DNA of 64,000 nt from Nitrospirota bacterium. GTDB lineage: Bacteria > Nitrospirota > JACRHJ01. The notes under the pieces are model-generated. The model worked only from the letters and a program-made list of their open reading frames with translations, was not told the origin of the DNA and searched no databases. The stretch covers positions 32,268 to 96,267 of the forward strand of contig CAVTDB010000001.1 in assembly GCA_963733375.1 (NCBI GenBank), given 5' to 3'. Position numbers and translations under genes: made by a program. Position 1 is the first letter of the stretch, and the number at the start of each line of letters is the position of its first letter. Positions 1 through 11,345 of this stretch are shown piece by piece.

Positions 1-452
1 AAGAGCCAGGAAGTCCGAACGATCAGCGCATCAGGGAGGACTTTTAAAACTTCCTGTTCCCCCTTCAGCTTCGACCGTCCATAAACGTTCAGCGGCCCCA
101 CAGGGTCCGTCTCGACGTAAGGCTCCTTCTTTTGACCGTCGTACACATAGTCCGTGCTGACGTAGAGCATTTTGGCTTTCGCGCCCCAGCAGGCTTTCGC
201 GACGTTCCTCGCGCCCTCGGCGTTCACGCTGAATGCTTTATCCGGCTCTTTTTCACAGCCGTCCACATTGGTGTACGCCGCGCAATGTATCACCCAGTCC
301 GGCTGGATTTCGGCGACGGTCTTCAGGATATTCAGCTCGTCAACTATGTCGAACTCCCGGCGGGTCACCCCGATTGCCTCGTGCCCGACCGAAAGCCTTC
401 GGACGAGATCGCTGCCCAGCATACCCGCCGCGCCGGTCACTATTATCTTCAT
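1..452 (-). CDS. rfbD: dTDP-4-dehydrorhamnose reductase, N-terminal part (continues beyond window start)
   Basis: Manual reverse translation from ATG at 452 gives MKIIVTGAAGMLGSDLVRRL...YGRSKLKGE, with a Rossmann GxxGxxG and a YxxxK motif. It is the last gene of the rfbA-C-B-D string. Confidence 0.8.
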   Translation of the reverse strand, partial: MKIIVTGAAGMLGSDLVRRLSVGHEAIGVTRREFDIVDELNILKTVAEIQPDWVIHCAAYTNVDGCEKEPDKAFSVNAEGARNVAKACWGAKAKMLYVSTDYVYDGQKKEPYVETDPVGPLNVYGRSKLKGEQEVLKVLPDALIVRTSWL

Positions 453-459
453 CGGTATC

Positions 460-1440
460 CTATTGGTTTTTACTCACCAGGCGGCACCACTCCTGGTTAT
501 CCGTATACCATTTGATGGTGTCCCTGATGCCGTCTTCGAAAGAGACCTCCGGCTTCCAGCCGATTTCGCGCTGGATTTTGGAAGAATCAATCGCGTACCG
601 CCGGTCGTGGCCCAGGCGGTCCGTAACATAGTTTATCAGGCTATCGGGTTTGCCAAGCTCCTTAAGTATAAGCCCCGTTATCTCTATATTCTTTCTCTCG
701 TTGTTCCCGCCGATGTTGTAGACCTCTCCGGGCGCGCCCTTTCGCATCACCATGTCCACCGCTTTGCAGTGGTCGGAGACGTGCAGCCAGTCCCGCACGT
801 TCTGGCCGTCGCCATATAGCGGGACCGGCTTGTCCTTCAGGGCGTTGTTTATAAAGAGCGGTATCAGCTTTTCCGGGAACTGGTAGGGGCCGTAATTGTT
901 TGAGCAGCGGGTGACGGCGACGGGCAGGCCGAACGTGTGATGGTAGGCCAGCGCCAGCATGTCCGCTCCAGCCTTGCTCGCAGAATAAGGGCTGTTCGGG
1001 GAAAGCGGCGTGGTCTCCGTAAAATATCCTTCCGGCCCCAAAGAGCCGTAAACCTCGTCCGTGGATATCTGTACAAAGAATTCGAGTTTTAATTTCACGG
1101 CCCGGTCGAGGAGCACCTGAGTGCCGACTACGTTCGTCATCACGAAAACCGACGGGTCCTCGATGCTCCTGTCCACGTGAGACTCCGCGGCGAAATGGAC
1201 CACCGCGTCCGCTTTATCCATCGCCTCCGCGACGGCATGGGGGTCGCAAACGCTGCCTTTTATAAACTTGTAGCGCGGGTTTTTTTCCACGTCCCGCAGG
1301 TTCTCCAGGGTACCCGCGTAGGTAAGGGCATCGAGGTTTACGACTTCCGCCTCCGGATAGTTATTTATTACGTACCGGACAAAGTTGGAGCCGATGAACC
1401 CGCACCCTCCCGTTACCATTATTTTCCTGGGGGTCCGCAT
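460..1440 (-). CDS. rfbB: dTDP-glucose 4,6-dehydratase
   Basis: 326 aa ORF with MVTGGCGFIGSNF, YSASKAGADM and a typical RfbB C-terminus. Confidence 0.93.
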   Translation of the reverse strand: MRTPRKIMVTGGCGFIGSNFVRYVINNYPEAEVVNLDALTYAGTLENLRDVEKNPRYKFIKGSVCDPHAVAEAMDKADAVVHFAAESHVDRSIEDPSVFVMTNVVGTQVLLDRAVKLKLEFFVQISTDEVYGSLGPEGYFTETTPLSPNSPYSASKAGADMLALAYHHTFGLPVAVTRCSNNYGPYQFPEKLIPLFINNALKDKPVPLYGDGQNVRDWLHVSDHCKAVDMVMRKGAPGEVYNIGGNNERKNIEITGLILKELGKPDSLINYVTDRLGHDRRYAIDSSKIQREIGWKPEVSFEDGIRDTIKWYTDNQEWCRLVSKNQ

Positions 1441-1896
1441 TTATCCGTCCTTCCTCGCCCAGTCGTATGGAATGTCGCTCTCGTGGGCAGGTTTGCGGAA
1501 CTCATCCGGGCTGGCGGCGTTGTAAGGCTCGGTGGAGCAGTTCATTACCATCGCCTCGGTATCGCTTATGCACTTGAACCCGTGCCAGACAAAAGGCGGG
1601 ATCTGAAGCAATATCTCGTTGTGCTCGCCCATAAAGAATTCGTTGACCTCGCCCATCGTCGGCGAGCCCTCCCGGTCGTCGTACAGCACTACTTTCATCA
1701 TCCCTTTTATGCAGCAGAAGTTGTCCGTCTGCTTCTTATGGTAATGCCATGCCTTTGTGACGCCGGGATACGCGGTGGTTACGTACACCTGGCCGAACTT
1801 GATGAATTCCGGGTCATCCGCGCGCATGACCTCCATAAGCCGCCCTCGCTCGTCGGGGATAGCCCGAAGCTTTTTCACCTTTGCGCCGTCGATCAT
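1441..1896 (-). CDS. rfbC: dTDP-4-dehydrorhamnose 3,5-epimerase-like cupin (short form)
   Basis: 151 aa ORF. The cupin-like sequence (DERGRLMEV, WHYHKKQTD) lies between rfbA and rfbB. Confidence 0.75.
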   Translation of the reverse strand: MIDGAKVKKLRAIPDERGRLMEVMRADDPEFIKFGQVYVTTAYPGVTKAWHYHKKQTDNFCCIKGMMKVVLYDDREGSPTMGEVNEFFMGEHNEILLQIPPFVWHGFKCISDTEAMVMNCSTEPYNAASPDEFRKPAHESDIPYDWARKDG

Positions 1897-1910
1897 TTAC
1901 TGATTCTCCT

Positions 1911-2975
1911 CTATAGTAATCCGACTTTGGAATTATCTCCCAGCATGAACCTGTATGCCGTGGGCTTCAGCGGCGACTTGCCCACCTCGACGTTCCTGCC
2001 CACCAGGCTGTCCTCAATCCGCCTGTCCACTTCCTTGATTATGCTCCCCTCAAGGACGATGCTGTGCTCTATCTCGGACGACAGCACCTGCACGTTCTTG
2101 TCTATAGAAGTGAAGGGGCCGATGAAAGAGTTTATGATTCGCGCGCCCTTGCCGATGATCGCCGGGCCGCGGACGACGCTGTTGATTACCTCCGCCCCGC
2201 TTTCCACCACTACCTTAAATTCTACCTTCGAAGAGGTGTCCACATGCCCGTCCAGACGGGTCGTCAGGTTGTCGAGCACCATCCGGTTCGCCTCCAGCAT
2301 GTCCTCAAGTTTTCCGGTGTCTTTCCACCAGCCGTTGACCATGTGCGGGTGCACGGCGTACCCCTGGTCGATGAGGTACTGGATCGCGTCGGTTATTTCC
2401 AGTTCCCCGCGTGCCGAAGGTTTTATGCTCTTTGCGGCTTTAAGGATATTACTGTCGAACATATATACCCCAACCAGCGCGAGGTCGCTTTTAGGCTCCT
2501 GGGGCTTCTCCACCAGCCGGACTACCTTCCCCTCTTCTAATTCCGCGACGCCAAACTGGTTCGGGTTTAATACCTTGGCCAGGAGTATCTGCGCGTTCGG
2601 CTTGTCCCGCATGAACTCCCCGACAAGCTCTTTGATGCCGCCCAGAACGAGGTTGTCTCCGAGGTACATTACAAACGGGTCGTCTTTTAAAAATTCCTCC
2701 GCGACCAGCACCGCATGGGCGAGGCCCAGCGGCTCCGGCTGCTCGATATAAGTGACCTTGACGCCGAAATCGGAGCCGTTCCCTACCGCCGCTTTTATCT
2801 CTTCCTTTGTATCCCCGACGACAATGCCGATGTCGGTGATGCCTGCGTCCCTTATGGACTCAATACCGTAGAACAGCACGGGCTTGTTCCCCACCGGCAC
2901 GAGCTGTTTCGCGCTGGTATAGGTTATCGGTCGAAGCCTCGTGCCCTTGCCGCCGGAAAGTATCAGCCCCTTCAT
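1911..2975 (-). CDS. rfbA: glucose-1-phosphate thymidylyltransferase (long form with left-handed beta-helix C-terminus)
   Basis: MKGLILSGGKGTRLRPITYTSAKQLVPV motif. GGAGG sits 6 nt upstream of the ATG at 2975. The 419 aa track ORF is over-extended upstream. Confidence 0.88.
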   Translation of the reverse strand: MKGLILSGGKGTRLRPITYTSAKQLVPVGNKPVLFYGIESIRDAGITDIGIVVGDTKEEIKAAVGNGSDFGVKVTYIEQPEPLGLAHAVLVAEEFLKDDPFVMYLGDNLVLGGIKELVGEFMRDKPNAQILLAKVLNPNQFGVAELEEGKVVRLVEKPQEPKSDLALVGVYMFDSNILKAAKSIKPSARGELEITDAIQYLIDQGYAVHPHMVNGWWKDTGKLEDMLEANRMVLDNLTTRLDGHVDTSSKVEFKVVVESGAEVINSVVRGPAIIGKGARIINSFIGPFTSIDKNVQVLSSEIEHSIVLEGSIIKEVDRRIEDSLVGRNVEVGKSPLKPTAYRFMLGDNSKVGLL

Positions 2976-2989
2976 AAGCATCCTCCGTC

Positions 2990-5256
2990 TTAGAACTTGA
3001 CGTTCCCCATGCCCTTGAGGTTCAGCATTACCATATATTGTTTTCTGCTTGGACCGTTGAAGTAGTCGAAGCTCACTCCCCAGCACTGCGAGCTGTAAGT
3101 CGCCGTCCCGTCCGTCTCGCGGAAATTGCCGGTGTGCCAGTCGTACCACAGTTTTGCTGTAATATCCCAATGACTGCCTATTTTGACGCCGCCTTCAACA
3201 GTCAGAAAATCTACGGTGCTCTCTTCCTGCGCTTTATTAATATTAAAATTGTTGAAAAAGTCCGTGCTGGGCGTGAAGAAATCAAAACGCGAAGGGGACA
3301 TGAAAGTCTGTTCCGCGTCAAGCGAGTATCTCTGACCGATGCCGACATGCCAGAGCTTGTCCTTGGAGTCGTACCGGAGGTCGGTGTCCACGGAGCGCAG
3401 GCTCCCCTGGTAGAAGTCGTAGCGGAAGTCGTTATTCAACGTAAGGCGCAGGCTGGAGCTGTAGCTGATTTCACTGTAGAGGCTGGAAAAGGTGCGCCTC
3501 TTCGTGCCTATGAACGTATCGCCGAAGAAGTCGTAGAACTGGCTGAGTTTGACGGTCAGGTAATCCACCCTCGGCTCTTTAGCTGCCATCTCTGTACTTC
3601 AAGACGAACCGGTTAGCGAGGGAGTAGGTTATCATGCTCCGTCTGGGGGGCAGCACGTTTATAATACGTGAGCCTGCGGGCAGGACCTCTTCGCTGTCGA
3701 GCGTGTCCACGTCGTCGAAATCGGGTAAATTTTTACCTCCCCGACTTGTGACATAATTGTAGGCGAAGGTTGGGACCAGGGTATGCCGCACGCCTTCCAG
3801 GGGGCCGCCGCTGAAAAGGAACAGCCTGTTCAAATCCGTCTGGAGCTTTATCCCCGCTCCAAACATCCCGCGCTCAGTGTCGTTTTTATCGATTAAAACG
3901 TCATTTTTGCCCGTTGCGGGATCAAACTTTGTGGCTGGATTATTATCGTCCAGATTGTACGCCGTTTCGCGGTACCCGACCTTCGGCTCAAAATTTATTC
4001 CTGCCAGATTGAAGTCGTACGAGAGGCTGGGGAACGCGTCGAACCGCGCGCCGGAGACGCCCTTTAATTTATAAAAATTCGTGGCGGAGGAGTCTAAACT
4101 GAAATAGAACGGCTGGCCCAGCAACTGTTTTTTGACCACGTTGAAACCGGCCTCCGGGAGGCGCTGCACTACAGCTTCATTGTTCTGGGTAGGGTCCAGC
4201 GTCCTCGGTATATTGGCCGAACAGATACGCCCTGCCCCAGTCCCAGCGGTCGGTGAGCCAGACATTTGAGTCCAGGGCCCTCTGTGTCCTCTCGAGCGTG
4301 GCATCGGTCAGGTCCCGGAAGAAATTCTTGTCGCTCACGCGTATATCGGCCCGGCCGGAAATGTCCGGAGCAAATACCTCCTGATACTTTAAGGACAGGT
4401 TGTACCTGTCGGCATCGATCAAACGGTCACTCATATAGTAGCCATACAGGCTCAGCTTGGTGTCCTTGTTTTGCGCATAGCGGATCTCGTCGGCGACGCC
4501 AAGGCCCCGAAGTGCCCTGTAATCGAGGGTCAGGGTGCTGTCGAAATTATCGACCGGCGCCCAATAATAGCTTTCGATAAGCCTGACGCCGTCCTTCGTG
4601 TTATATCCGCCTGACGGGATCATAAAACCGCTCGTCCGGGGCTTCAGCATGGGGAGCCAGACATACGGCATATACAGAACGGGAATGCCTTTAATGTAAA
4701 AAACGGCCCCCTTGGCGTAAACGTCCCTGTCCATCCGGACATCCAGGGATTTCGCCCTCATGTACCAGAAAGGATTTTCGGCGTCGCAGGTGGTAAATCC
4801 CCCGCCGGTGATTATATATTCCTGGTCTCCGACCTTCTCCAGTGGGTTTCCTTTGATGCGGTAGTTGCCATTCTTGACGAATATATTGCCCTGCTCGATG
4901 ACGCCCAGCTTCGTATTGAAATTTACTTTTATGACTTCCGCGAAAACGACGTTGTCAGGCGAAACGAGTCTCGCTTTGCCCATGGCCTCGGCGTCTCCGG
5001 TTTCCTCATTAAGAGTCGCCTTCAGGGAGGTCAGCGTATAGTCTTTCTGGGAAATTTTAACGTTGCCGTCGGCAAAGTAGGTATTGGTCTTCCGGTCGTA
5101 GCGGAGGCTGTCCGCCTGGATCGTCACGGGCTCTTTTGAGTCGGCTATGGATTTCATCCTGCCGCCAATTTTATCCTCATCCGCGGCGGCGGGCGGAACA
5201 AAATAAATAGACGAAAGGACTACCATCGCCATGAGGACGCCGAAGAGACTTTTCAT
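2990..5256 (-). CDS. lptD: LPS-assembly protein LptD/OstA, split over three ORFs (4177-5256, 3579-4304, 2990-3589)
   Basis: There is a signal peptide and an OstA N-domain. The beta-barrel-like repeats continue in shifted frames, with frame changes near 4210 and 3585. Confidence 0.8.
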
Positions 5257-6577
5257 GCCTTCAGGAACTGCTCCCTTTTTGATAGCCAGGCCTTCGCCTC
5301 ACCGACCACATACAATGAGCCGGTTATCAGCACCATATCGTCCGGTCCTGCCTCCGAGAGCGCCTTCTTAAGCGCCCCCGGCACGTCCGGGCAGACCTCG
5401 ACTTCCCTTCCGCCGCCGATTTTTTCCGCAAGCTCCGAGGCAGGCACTGCCCGCCCATAGTCCGCCTGCGTAATTATTATCTTATCCGCGGGAGCCATAA
5501 GGAAATCCGCCATCTCGCGGAAATCCTTATCCGCCAGAATCCCCATGACAAGGATTAATTTTTTATACCGGCCGGAGTAATATTTTCGTATTGCCCCGGC
5601 AAGCCTTCCCGCCGAATCCGTATTATGCGCCCCGTCAAGCACTACCAGAGGGATGTTGCGATACCGTCTCCAGCCTGCCTTCCCATTTGACTTCCGCAAA
5701 ACCTTTCCTTAGCGCTTCCTCCGGGACGGTCATGCCGTTTTGGGATATCACGGATAGCGCGCAAGCGGCGGCCGCCGCATTTTCAAGCTGGTGCTCGCCG
5801 GCAAGGGGCAAGGTCAGTCCTTTTATCTCGCCGCCCGGCCCCCACCAGTCAAAACCCTGGATAACCGCGCCATCCTTCCAGTGATAGTCCAGGAAGCGGT
5901 AGCCGTAGTCTTTGTCTATTATGAAAACCGGCGCCTCTTTTTCACGGCAGACGCCTTTTAAATAATCGATGACCTCCGGCTTTCTCTCCGCCGTCACAAG
6001 CGGCACGCCCGCCTTTATAATCCCCGCCTTCTCGCGCGCTATCTCGTCGATAGTATCTCCAAGATATTCCCGGTGCTCCATCTCCACGTTAGTTATCACG
6101 GCGCATTCCGGGACCACTACATTAGTCGAATCAAGCCGTCCGCCCATCCCGACTTCCAGGACGACCGCCTCCGCCCCCGCATCCCTGAAATAGTCAAATG
6201 CCATTGCGGTGGTGAACTCGAAAAATGTGGGCTTCATCTCCGGCGCATGGTTTTCCAAAAGCCTCCGGAGCCTGTCCGCGAGCGCAACAACTTCTTCCCT
6301 GGATATTTCATCCCCGTCCAAGCCTCATCCTTTCGGTGAAGCTGACAAGATGGGGAGAGGTATATAAGCCGGTCCGGTATCCCGCTTCTTTCAGCGCGGA
6401 TGCGCACAGCGCGGATACGGAGCCTTTGCCGTTGGTCCCGGTCACGTGCAGGAATTTCCTGCCGCTTTCAGGGTGTCCCAGGATTTCAAGGAGCCGGCGC
6501 GTGTTCTCCAGGCCCAGCTTCGTCCCGAACTTCTGAAGGCCGAAGAGGAAATCGACCGTCTGGTTGAAATCCATCAC
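5253..6577 (-). CDS. folC: dihydrofolate synthase / folylpolyglutamate synthase, split over three ORFs
   Basis: The pieces contain HVTGTNGKGS (P-loop), GMGGRLDSTNV and LDGAHN, colinear in three frames. The stop overlaps the lptD ATG (ATGA). Confidence 0.85.
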
Positions 6578-7428
6578 TTCCCGTTCCCGCGGAAGAAGGC
6601 CAGGATCTTCACCAGCGTTTCCTTCAGGTTTTTCCTGTCCACGATCATATCCACCTGACCGTGCTCCAACTGGAACTCCGCGCGCTGGAAACCTTCCGGG
6701 AGCTGCTTCTTTATCGTCTGCTCGATTACCCTCGGACCCGCGAAACCAATCAGCGACTTCGGTTCCGCGATTATAATATCGCCGAGACTTGAAAAGCTCG
6801 CGGACACGCCGCCGAAGGTCGGGTCCGTAAGGACGGATATAAAGGGTATCCCCTTTTCCCCCAGCTTCGCAACCGCCGCCGAAGTCTTCGCCATCTGCAT
6901 AAGCGAGACCAGCCCCTCCTGCATCCTGGCTCCGCCGGACGACGAAAAGGTAATCAACGGAATGCCCTTCTCCAGGGAATTCTCCGCCGCAAGGCAGACT
7001 TTCTCTCCGACGACGGAACCCATGCTCCCGCCCATGAACCCGAAGTCCAGGACCGCGACGGTAACAGGATAACCGCCTACTGTCGCCTCGCCCGAAATTA
7101 TGGCGTCTTTGAGTCCGGTCGCGCCCTGCGACGCCTTCAGCTTGTCCTTGTACCGGACAGTATCCTTAAACTCCAGGAAGTCTTTCGGCGAAATGTCCGA
7201 AAATATCTCGGTGAAACTGCCTTCGTCTACGAGCAGGTCCAGGCGCTCTTTCGCGGTTATCCTGAAATGATAATCGCATTTCGGGCAGACCTTGAGGTTC
7301 CTGTCGATCTCTTTCTTATAGACAATTTCTTTGCAATTGTCGCATTTTACCCACAGGCCCTCCGGGATCTTCACCTTCTTCTCCGGCTGCTGGGCCTTGG
7401 GGGCTTTAACTTTTTTAAACCAGGCCAC
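6574..7428 (-). CDS. accD: acetyl-CoA carboxylase carboxyltransferase beta subunit
   Basis: 284 aa ORF with an N-terminal CxxC...CxxC zinc ribbon (CDNCKE..CPKCDYH) and a carboxyltransferase domain. Confidence 0.92.
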   Translation of the reverse strand: MAWFKKVKAPKAQQPEKKVKIPEGLWVKCDNCKEIVYKKEIDRNLKVCPKCDYHFRITAKERLDLLVDEGSFTEIFSDISPKDFLEFKDTVRYKDKLKASQGATGLKDAIISGEATVGGYPVTVAVLDFGFMGGSMGSVVGEKVCLAAENSLEKGIPLITFSSSGGARMQEGLVSLMQMAKTSAAVAKLGEKGIPFISVLTDPTFGGVSASFSSLGDIIIAEPKSLIGFAGPRVIEQTIKKQLPEGFQRAEFQLEHGQVDMIVDRKNLKETLVKILAFFRGNGK

Positions 7429-7433
7429 TTGAC

Positions 7434-8258
7434 TTAAGCCCCTTCCAGAAGATCTCCGTACGTCTCGGGGCGCCTGTCGCCAAGGAAATTACAAAGTTCC
7501 CGAGCCTCCCCTACCTCGTCCGTGTCTACTTCCGCCATGACTACCGCGTCACCCTTCCCCGTCGGCTCTATGGCAAGCTCCCCAAAGGGGTTTGCCAGGA
7601 AGCTCTTGCCGTAGAAACGCTGGCGTTCCGCGCCGCCGACACGGTTCACACGGAACACGTATATCCCGTTCGCTATCGCGGCTGAAGTTATCATCTTCTC
7701 CCATTTGGAGGCGGAGGCGAAAGCCGCCGCCGTCGGGGCCACGACAACCTGGGCCCCTTTGAGCGCGAGCGCCCGGAAGCCCTCCGGGAAAAAAACGTCC
7801 CAGCAAAGCTGGACGCCGATTTTCCCGCACTTTGTATCGAAGACCGGAAACCCCGTGTCGCCAGGGGAAAAATAAAATTTCTCGCGCCAGAGCGGTATGT
7901 CCGGCACGTGCGCCTTCCTGTATTTCCCGGCGACGCTCCCGTCGGCGTCGATTACGAAAGCGGTATTAAAAAATTTTCCGTCGGGCGATTTTTCAAAAAT
8001 GGGACAGACAAGGACCGCTCCGCCTTCCCGCGCAAGTTCCTTCATCTTCGATATCGCCGGGCCGTCCTCTGCCTCCGCAAACGAAAAGGCATTCTCGTCC
8101 GCCTCGGCAGGGAACCACGGCAGGTGGAAGAGCTGCTGGAAGACTATCAGCTTCGCCCCGTTCTCCAGGGCGTAGTGGGCCATCTCCACCGCCTTTTTCA
8201 TGTTCTTCCCGGTATTATCCGAGCAGGACATCTGTATACCCGCAATTTTAAATCTCAT
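7434..8258 (-). CDS. carbon-nitrogen hydrolase (nitrilase superfamily) protein
   Basis: 274 aa ORF with a CN-hydrolase pattern (E..K..C triad context, including GVQLCWD). Confidence 0.75.
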   Translation of the reverse strand: MRFKIAGIQMSCSDNTGKNMKKAVEMAHYALENGAKLIVFQQLFHLPWFPAEADENAFSFAEAEDGPAISKMKELAREGGAVLVCPIFEKSPDGKFFNTAFVIDADGSVAGKYRKAHVPDIPLWREKFYFSPGDTGFPVFDTKCGKIGVQLCWDVFFPEGFRALALKGAQVVVAPTAAAFASASKWEKMITSAAIANGIYVFRVNRVGGAERQRFYGKSFLANPFGELAIEPTGKGDAVVMAEVDTDEVGEARELCNFLGDRRPETYGDLLEGA

Positions 8259-10898
8259 TTATGCTCCGTGGCACTTTTTGTATTTTTTCCCCGAGCCGCA
8301 CGGGCAGGGGTCGTTACGGCCAACTTTATTTTCCGACTTAACCGGCGTTTTCGGCTCGTCGCCCTCGCCCCGGTTCATCACGATCTTCTGGGGACGCCGC
8401 CTTGTCTCGTGCGTCATGGCATCCTGCTGCACTACCTGGACCTTCGAAAGCCGCTCCAGGGTATCCATCTTTATGCGGTCCACCATCTCCATGAACATCT
8501 CGAACCCCTCTTTCTTGTACTCCACCAGAGGGTCCTTCTGTCCATAGCCCCGAAGGCCTATGCCTTCTTTCAGGTGGTCCATATTGAGAAGGTGTTCTTT
8601 CCAGAGCGTGTCTATCATATCAAGGATGACGCGTTTCTCAAGCCACCTGAGGAACTCGGTCCCGACCTGCTGCTCCTTCTTCTCGTACGCCTCCTGGAGC
8701 GTGGCGTAGAGCGCATCCTTCAGCTCGGATAGTTCTCCTATGCCTTTCAGCTTCGCCGAGTCCAGCCGGACGCCGAAATGTTTGTTGACGGCGTCGGCGA
8801 GTCCGTCATAATCCCATTCCTCGGAATGCTTTCCCTGTTCGCAGAAGGGGTCCACAAGAGAGGCGGATACCTCTTCCATCATCTCCAGGACGTCCTGCTT
8901 CAGGTTGTCGCTTGCCAGGACCTGCCTGCGCTGCTCATATATGACGGTCCTCTGCTTGTTCATCACGTCGTCGTATTCGATAAGCTGCTTGCGTATTTCG
9001 AAGTTATGGCTCTCGACCTTCTTCTGGGCGTTCTCTATGGCCTTACTCACCATCCGGGCCTCGATGGGCACGCCTTCTTCCATGCCGAGGCGGCTCATTA
9101 TGCTGGCGATGCGCTCGGAGTTGAAGATGCGGAGCAGGTCGTCTTCCAGCGACAGGTAGAAGCGGGAAGAACCCGGGTCTCCCTGGCGGCCGGAACGGCC
9201 CCGGAGCTGGTTGTCTATCCGCCTGGACTCGTGCCTTTCCGTGCCGACTATATGCAGTCCGCCGGCCTCGACCACATTTTTGTGGTCCTCGTCGGTCATG
9301 GCTTTCCACCTGTCTATTTCGGTCTGCACGGCTGAGGGGTCTATCTCGTCCGGGTTCACCCCTTTGCTCATAAGCTCATGCTTTGCCAGCATGTTGGGAT
9401 TTCCGCCAAGGAGGATGTCGGTGCCTCTGCCGGCCATGTTCGTTGCGATTGTCACCTGGCCCGAGCGTCCGGCCTGGGAAACGATCTCCGCTTCCCTTTC
9501 ATGGTTCTTTGCGTTTAAGACGTTATGCTTTATCCCCTTCTTCTTCAGGAGGGAGGAGATGTGTTCGGATTTTTCAATGGAGATAGTGCCCACCAAGACG
9601 GGCTGATTGCGCTTGTTGCAGTCGATGACGTCTTCCACGACGGCATTATATTTCTCGCCTATCGTCTTGTATATCTGGTCGGGATAATCCACCCTTACCA
9701 TCGACTGGTTGGTGGGGATGACCATCACGTCCAGGTTGTATATATTCGCGAACTCGCCGGCTTCCGTATCGGCGGTGCCGGTCATGCCGGCGAGCTTATT
9801 GTACATCCTGAAGTAGTTCTGAAACGTGATCGTCGCGAGGGTCTGGTTTTCAGCCTCGATTTTGACGCCTTCCTTTGCCTCGACCGCCTGGTGAAGCCCG
9901 TCGCTCCAGCGTCTGCCGGGCATGAGCCTCCCGGTAAAGTCGTCCACGATGATGACCTCGCCGTCCTTCACTACATAGTCCACGTCCCTTTTATACATGG
10001 CGTGGGCGCGAAGCGCCTGGACTACATGGTGGACGAGTTCGATATTTACCGGGTCGTAGAGGTTCTGCACCCCCAGCATCCTCTCCACCTTCTCGTTTCC
10101 GGAATCGGAGAGCGCGGCGGTCTTGGACTTCTCTTCGATCGTATAGTCTTCTTCTTTAGTCAGGCGCGGGATTATTTCGTTGATGCGGTAGTAGAGGTCG
10201 GTGGATTCCTCGGACGGTCCGGAAATGATAAGAGGCGTCCTGGCCTCGTCTATAAGTATGCTGTCCACCTCGTCGACGATGGAATAGTTCAGTTCCCTCT
10301 GGACGTAGTCCTTGAGGTCGAACTTCATGTTGTCCCGGAGGTAGTCGAAACCGAACTCGTTGTTCGTGCCGTAGGTGACGTCGCTGCCGTAAGCTTCCTG
10401 GCGCTGGCGGTCGTCCAGTTCATGGGTGATAACGCCCACGGTAAGTCCAAGGAAGCGGTATATCTCCCCCATCCACTGCGAGTCGCGCTTCGCCAGGTAA
10501 TCGTTCACTGTAATGACATGCACGCCCCGGCCTTCCAGCGCGTTCAGATATACCGGGAGCGTCTCCGCCAGCGTCTTTCCTTCGCCGGTCTTCATCTCGG
10601 CAATCTTGCCTTCGTGCAGGACTATGCCGCCGATTATCTGGACGTCGAAATGCCGCATCCCCAGCGTCCGCTTCGACGCTTCACGCACCACGGCGAACGC
10701 TTCCGGCAGGAGGTCGTCCAGCGCTTCTCCGGCGGAGAGGCGTTTTTTAAACTCGTCCGTCTTCCCCCGAAGCTCCGCGTCCGTGAGCCTGGATATTTCC
10801 GCCTCAAGAGAATTTACCCGGTCCACCAGCGGCTGCATCCTCTTGAGCTCCCGCTGATTTTTCGTGCCTACAATTTTGCTGAATATCGTTGATAACAT
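8259..10898 (-). CDS. secA: preprotein translocase ATPase SecA
   Basis: 879 aa ORF with the MKTGEGKTL Walker A, a [19 protein letters not shown] box and a C-terminal [14 protein letters not shown] zinc motif. Confidence 0.97.
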   Translation of the reverse strand: MLSTIFSKIVGTKNQRELKRMQPLVDRVNSLEAEISRLTDAELRGKTDEFKKRLSAGEALDDLLPEAFAVVREASKRTLGMRHFDVQIIGGIVLHEGKIAEMKTGEGKTLAETLPVYLNALEGRGVHVITVNDYLAKRDSQWMGEIYRFLGLTVGVITHELDDRQRQEAYGSDVTYGTNNEFGFDYLRDNMKFDLKDYVQRELNYSIVDEVDSILIDEARTPLIISGPSEESTDLYYRINEIIPRLTKEEDYTIEEKSKTAALSDSGNEKVERMLGVQNLYDPVNIELVHHVVQALRAHAMYKRDVDYVVKDGEVIIVDDFTGRLMPGRRWSDGLHQAVEAKEGVKIEAENQTLATITFQNYFRMYNKLAGMTGTADTEAGEFANIYNLDVMVIPTNQSMVRVDYPDQIYKTIGEKYNAVVEDVIDCNKRNQPVLVGTISIEKSEHISSLLKKKGIKHNVLNAKNHEREAEIVSQAGRSGQVTIATNMAGRGTDILLGGNPNMLAKHELMSKGVNPDEIDPSAVQTEIDRWKAMTDEDHKNVVEAGGLHIVGTERHESRRIDNQLRGRSGRQGDPGSSRFYLSLEDDLLRIFNSERIASIMSRLGMEEGVPIEARMVSKAIENAQKKVESHNFEIRKQLIEYDDVMNKQRTVIYEQRRQVLASDNLKQDVLEMMEEVSASLVDPFCEQGKHSEEWDYDGLADAVNKHFGVRLDSAKLKGIGELSELKDALYATLQEAYEKKEQQVGTEFLRWLEKRVILDMIDTLWKEHLLNMDHLKEGIGLRGYGQKDPLVEYKKEGFEMFMEMVDRIKMDTLERLSKVQVVQQDAMTHETRRRPQKIVMNRGEGDEPKTPVKSENKVGRNDPCPCGSGKKYKKCHGA

Positions 10899-11029
10899 TT
10901 CTTTGTTTTTCTCTGATTTTTTTAAGGATTAGCCCAAAGCGGGCAAGTTCAATCAAATGTGGGATTATACTATAAAAACCGGCAAATCTCCAAAGGTTTA
11001 TTTACCAATCATCCCCCGCTCCAAATAAC

Positions 11030-11061
11030 AAAACCCCGGCTGGTCGCCCGGCCGGGGTTTT
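11030..11061 (-). terminator. rho-independent terminator downstream of cspA (bidirectional hairpin)
   Basis: AAAACCCCGGC-loop-GCCGGGGTTTT hairpin flanked by T/A runs. Confidence 0.7.
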
Positions 11062-11077
11062 CTTCTTTAATTATTGA

Positions 11078-11278
11078 TTATAGCTTTACTACGTTTTTTG
11101 CCTGAAGGCCCTTGTCGCCCTGGGTTATCTCGAACTCGACGTCCTGCCCCTCGTTAAGCGACTTGAACCCGTCTTCCTGGATCTGGGAGAAATGCACGAA
11201 AACATCCTCGCCGTTCTCCTGCTCAATGAAACCGTAGCCCTTGGAGGCGTTAAACCATTTTACTTTTCCCGTCGCCAT
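11078..11278 (-). CDS. cspA: cold-shock protein (CspA family)
   Basis: [25 protein letters not shown] shows the RNP1/RNP2 motifs. The internal Met at 11278 was chosen over the extended track ORF. Confidence 0.9.
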   Translation of the reverse strand: MATGKVKWFNASKGYGFIEQENGEDVFVHFSQIQEDGFKSLNEGQDVEFEITQGDKGLQAKNVVKL

Positions 11279-11345
11279 GCTTAAGACCCCTTTCAATGAT
11301 GCCTTGTACAGATTTGGAGAGCCCATCGCTCTCCCTTACCTCACG

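Noticed and set aside
1177-2751. Long ORFs antisense to well-supported genes (for example 1177-2751 +, 7908-8732 +, 9525-10892 +, 15046-15927 +, 19947-20879 +, 54293-55156 -).
   Set aside because: They overlap strongly recognisable genes on the other strand (rfbBCA, secA, pheT, ruvB, the citrate synthase-like gene). Their translations are low-complexity and Arg/Pro/Gly-rich, as expected for shadow ORFs in GC-rich DNA.
2990-5256. Treating the split genes (lptD and the roughly two dozen others) as true pseudogenes or programmed frameshifts.
   Set aside because: Essential genes are affected, there are no slippery-site or stimulator patterns, and several sites are plain homopolymer runs. Sequencing indels are the simpler explanation.
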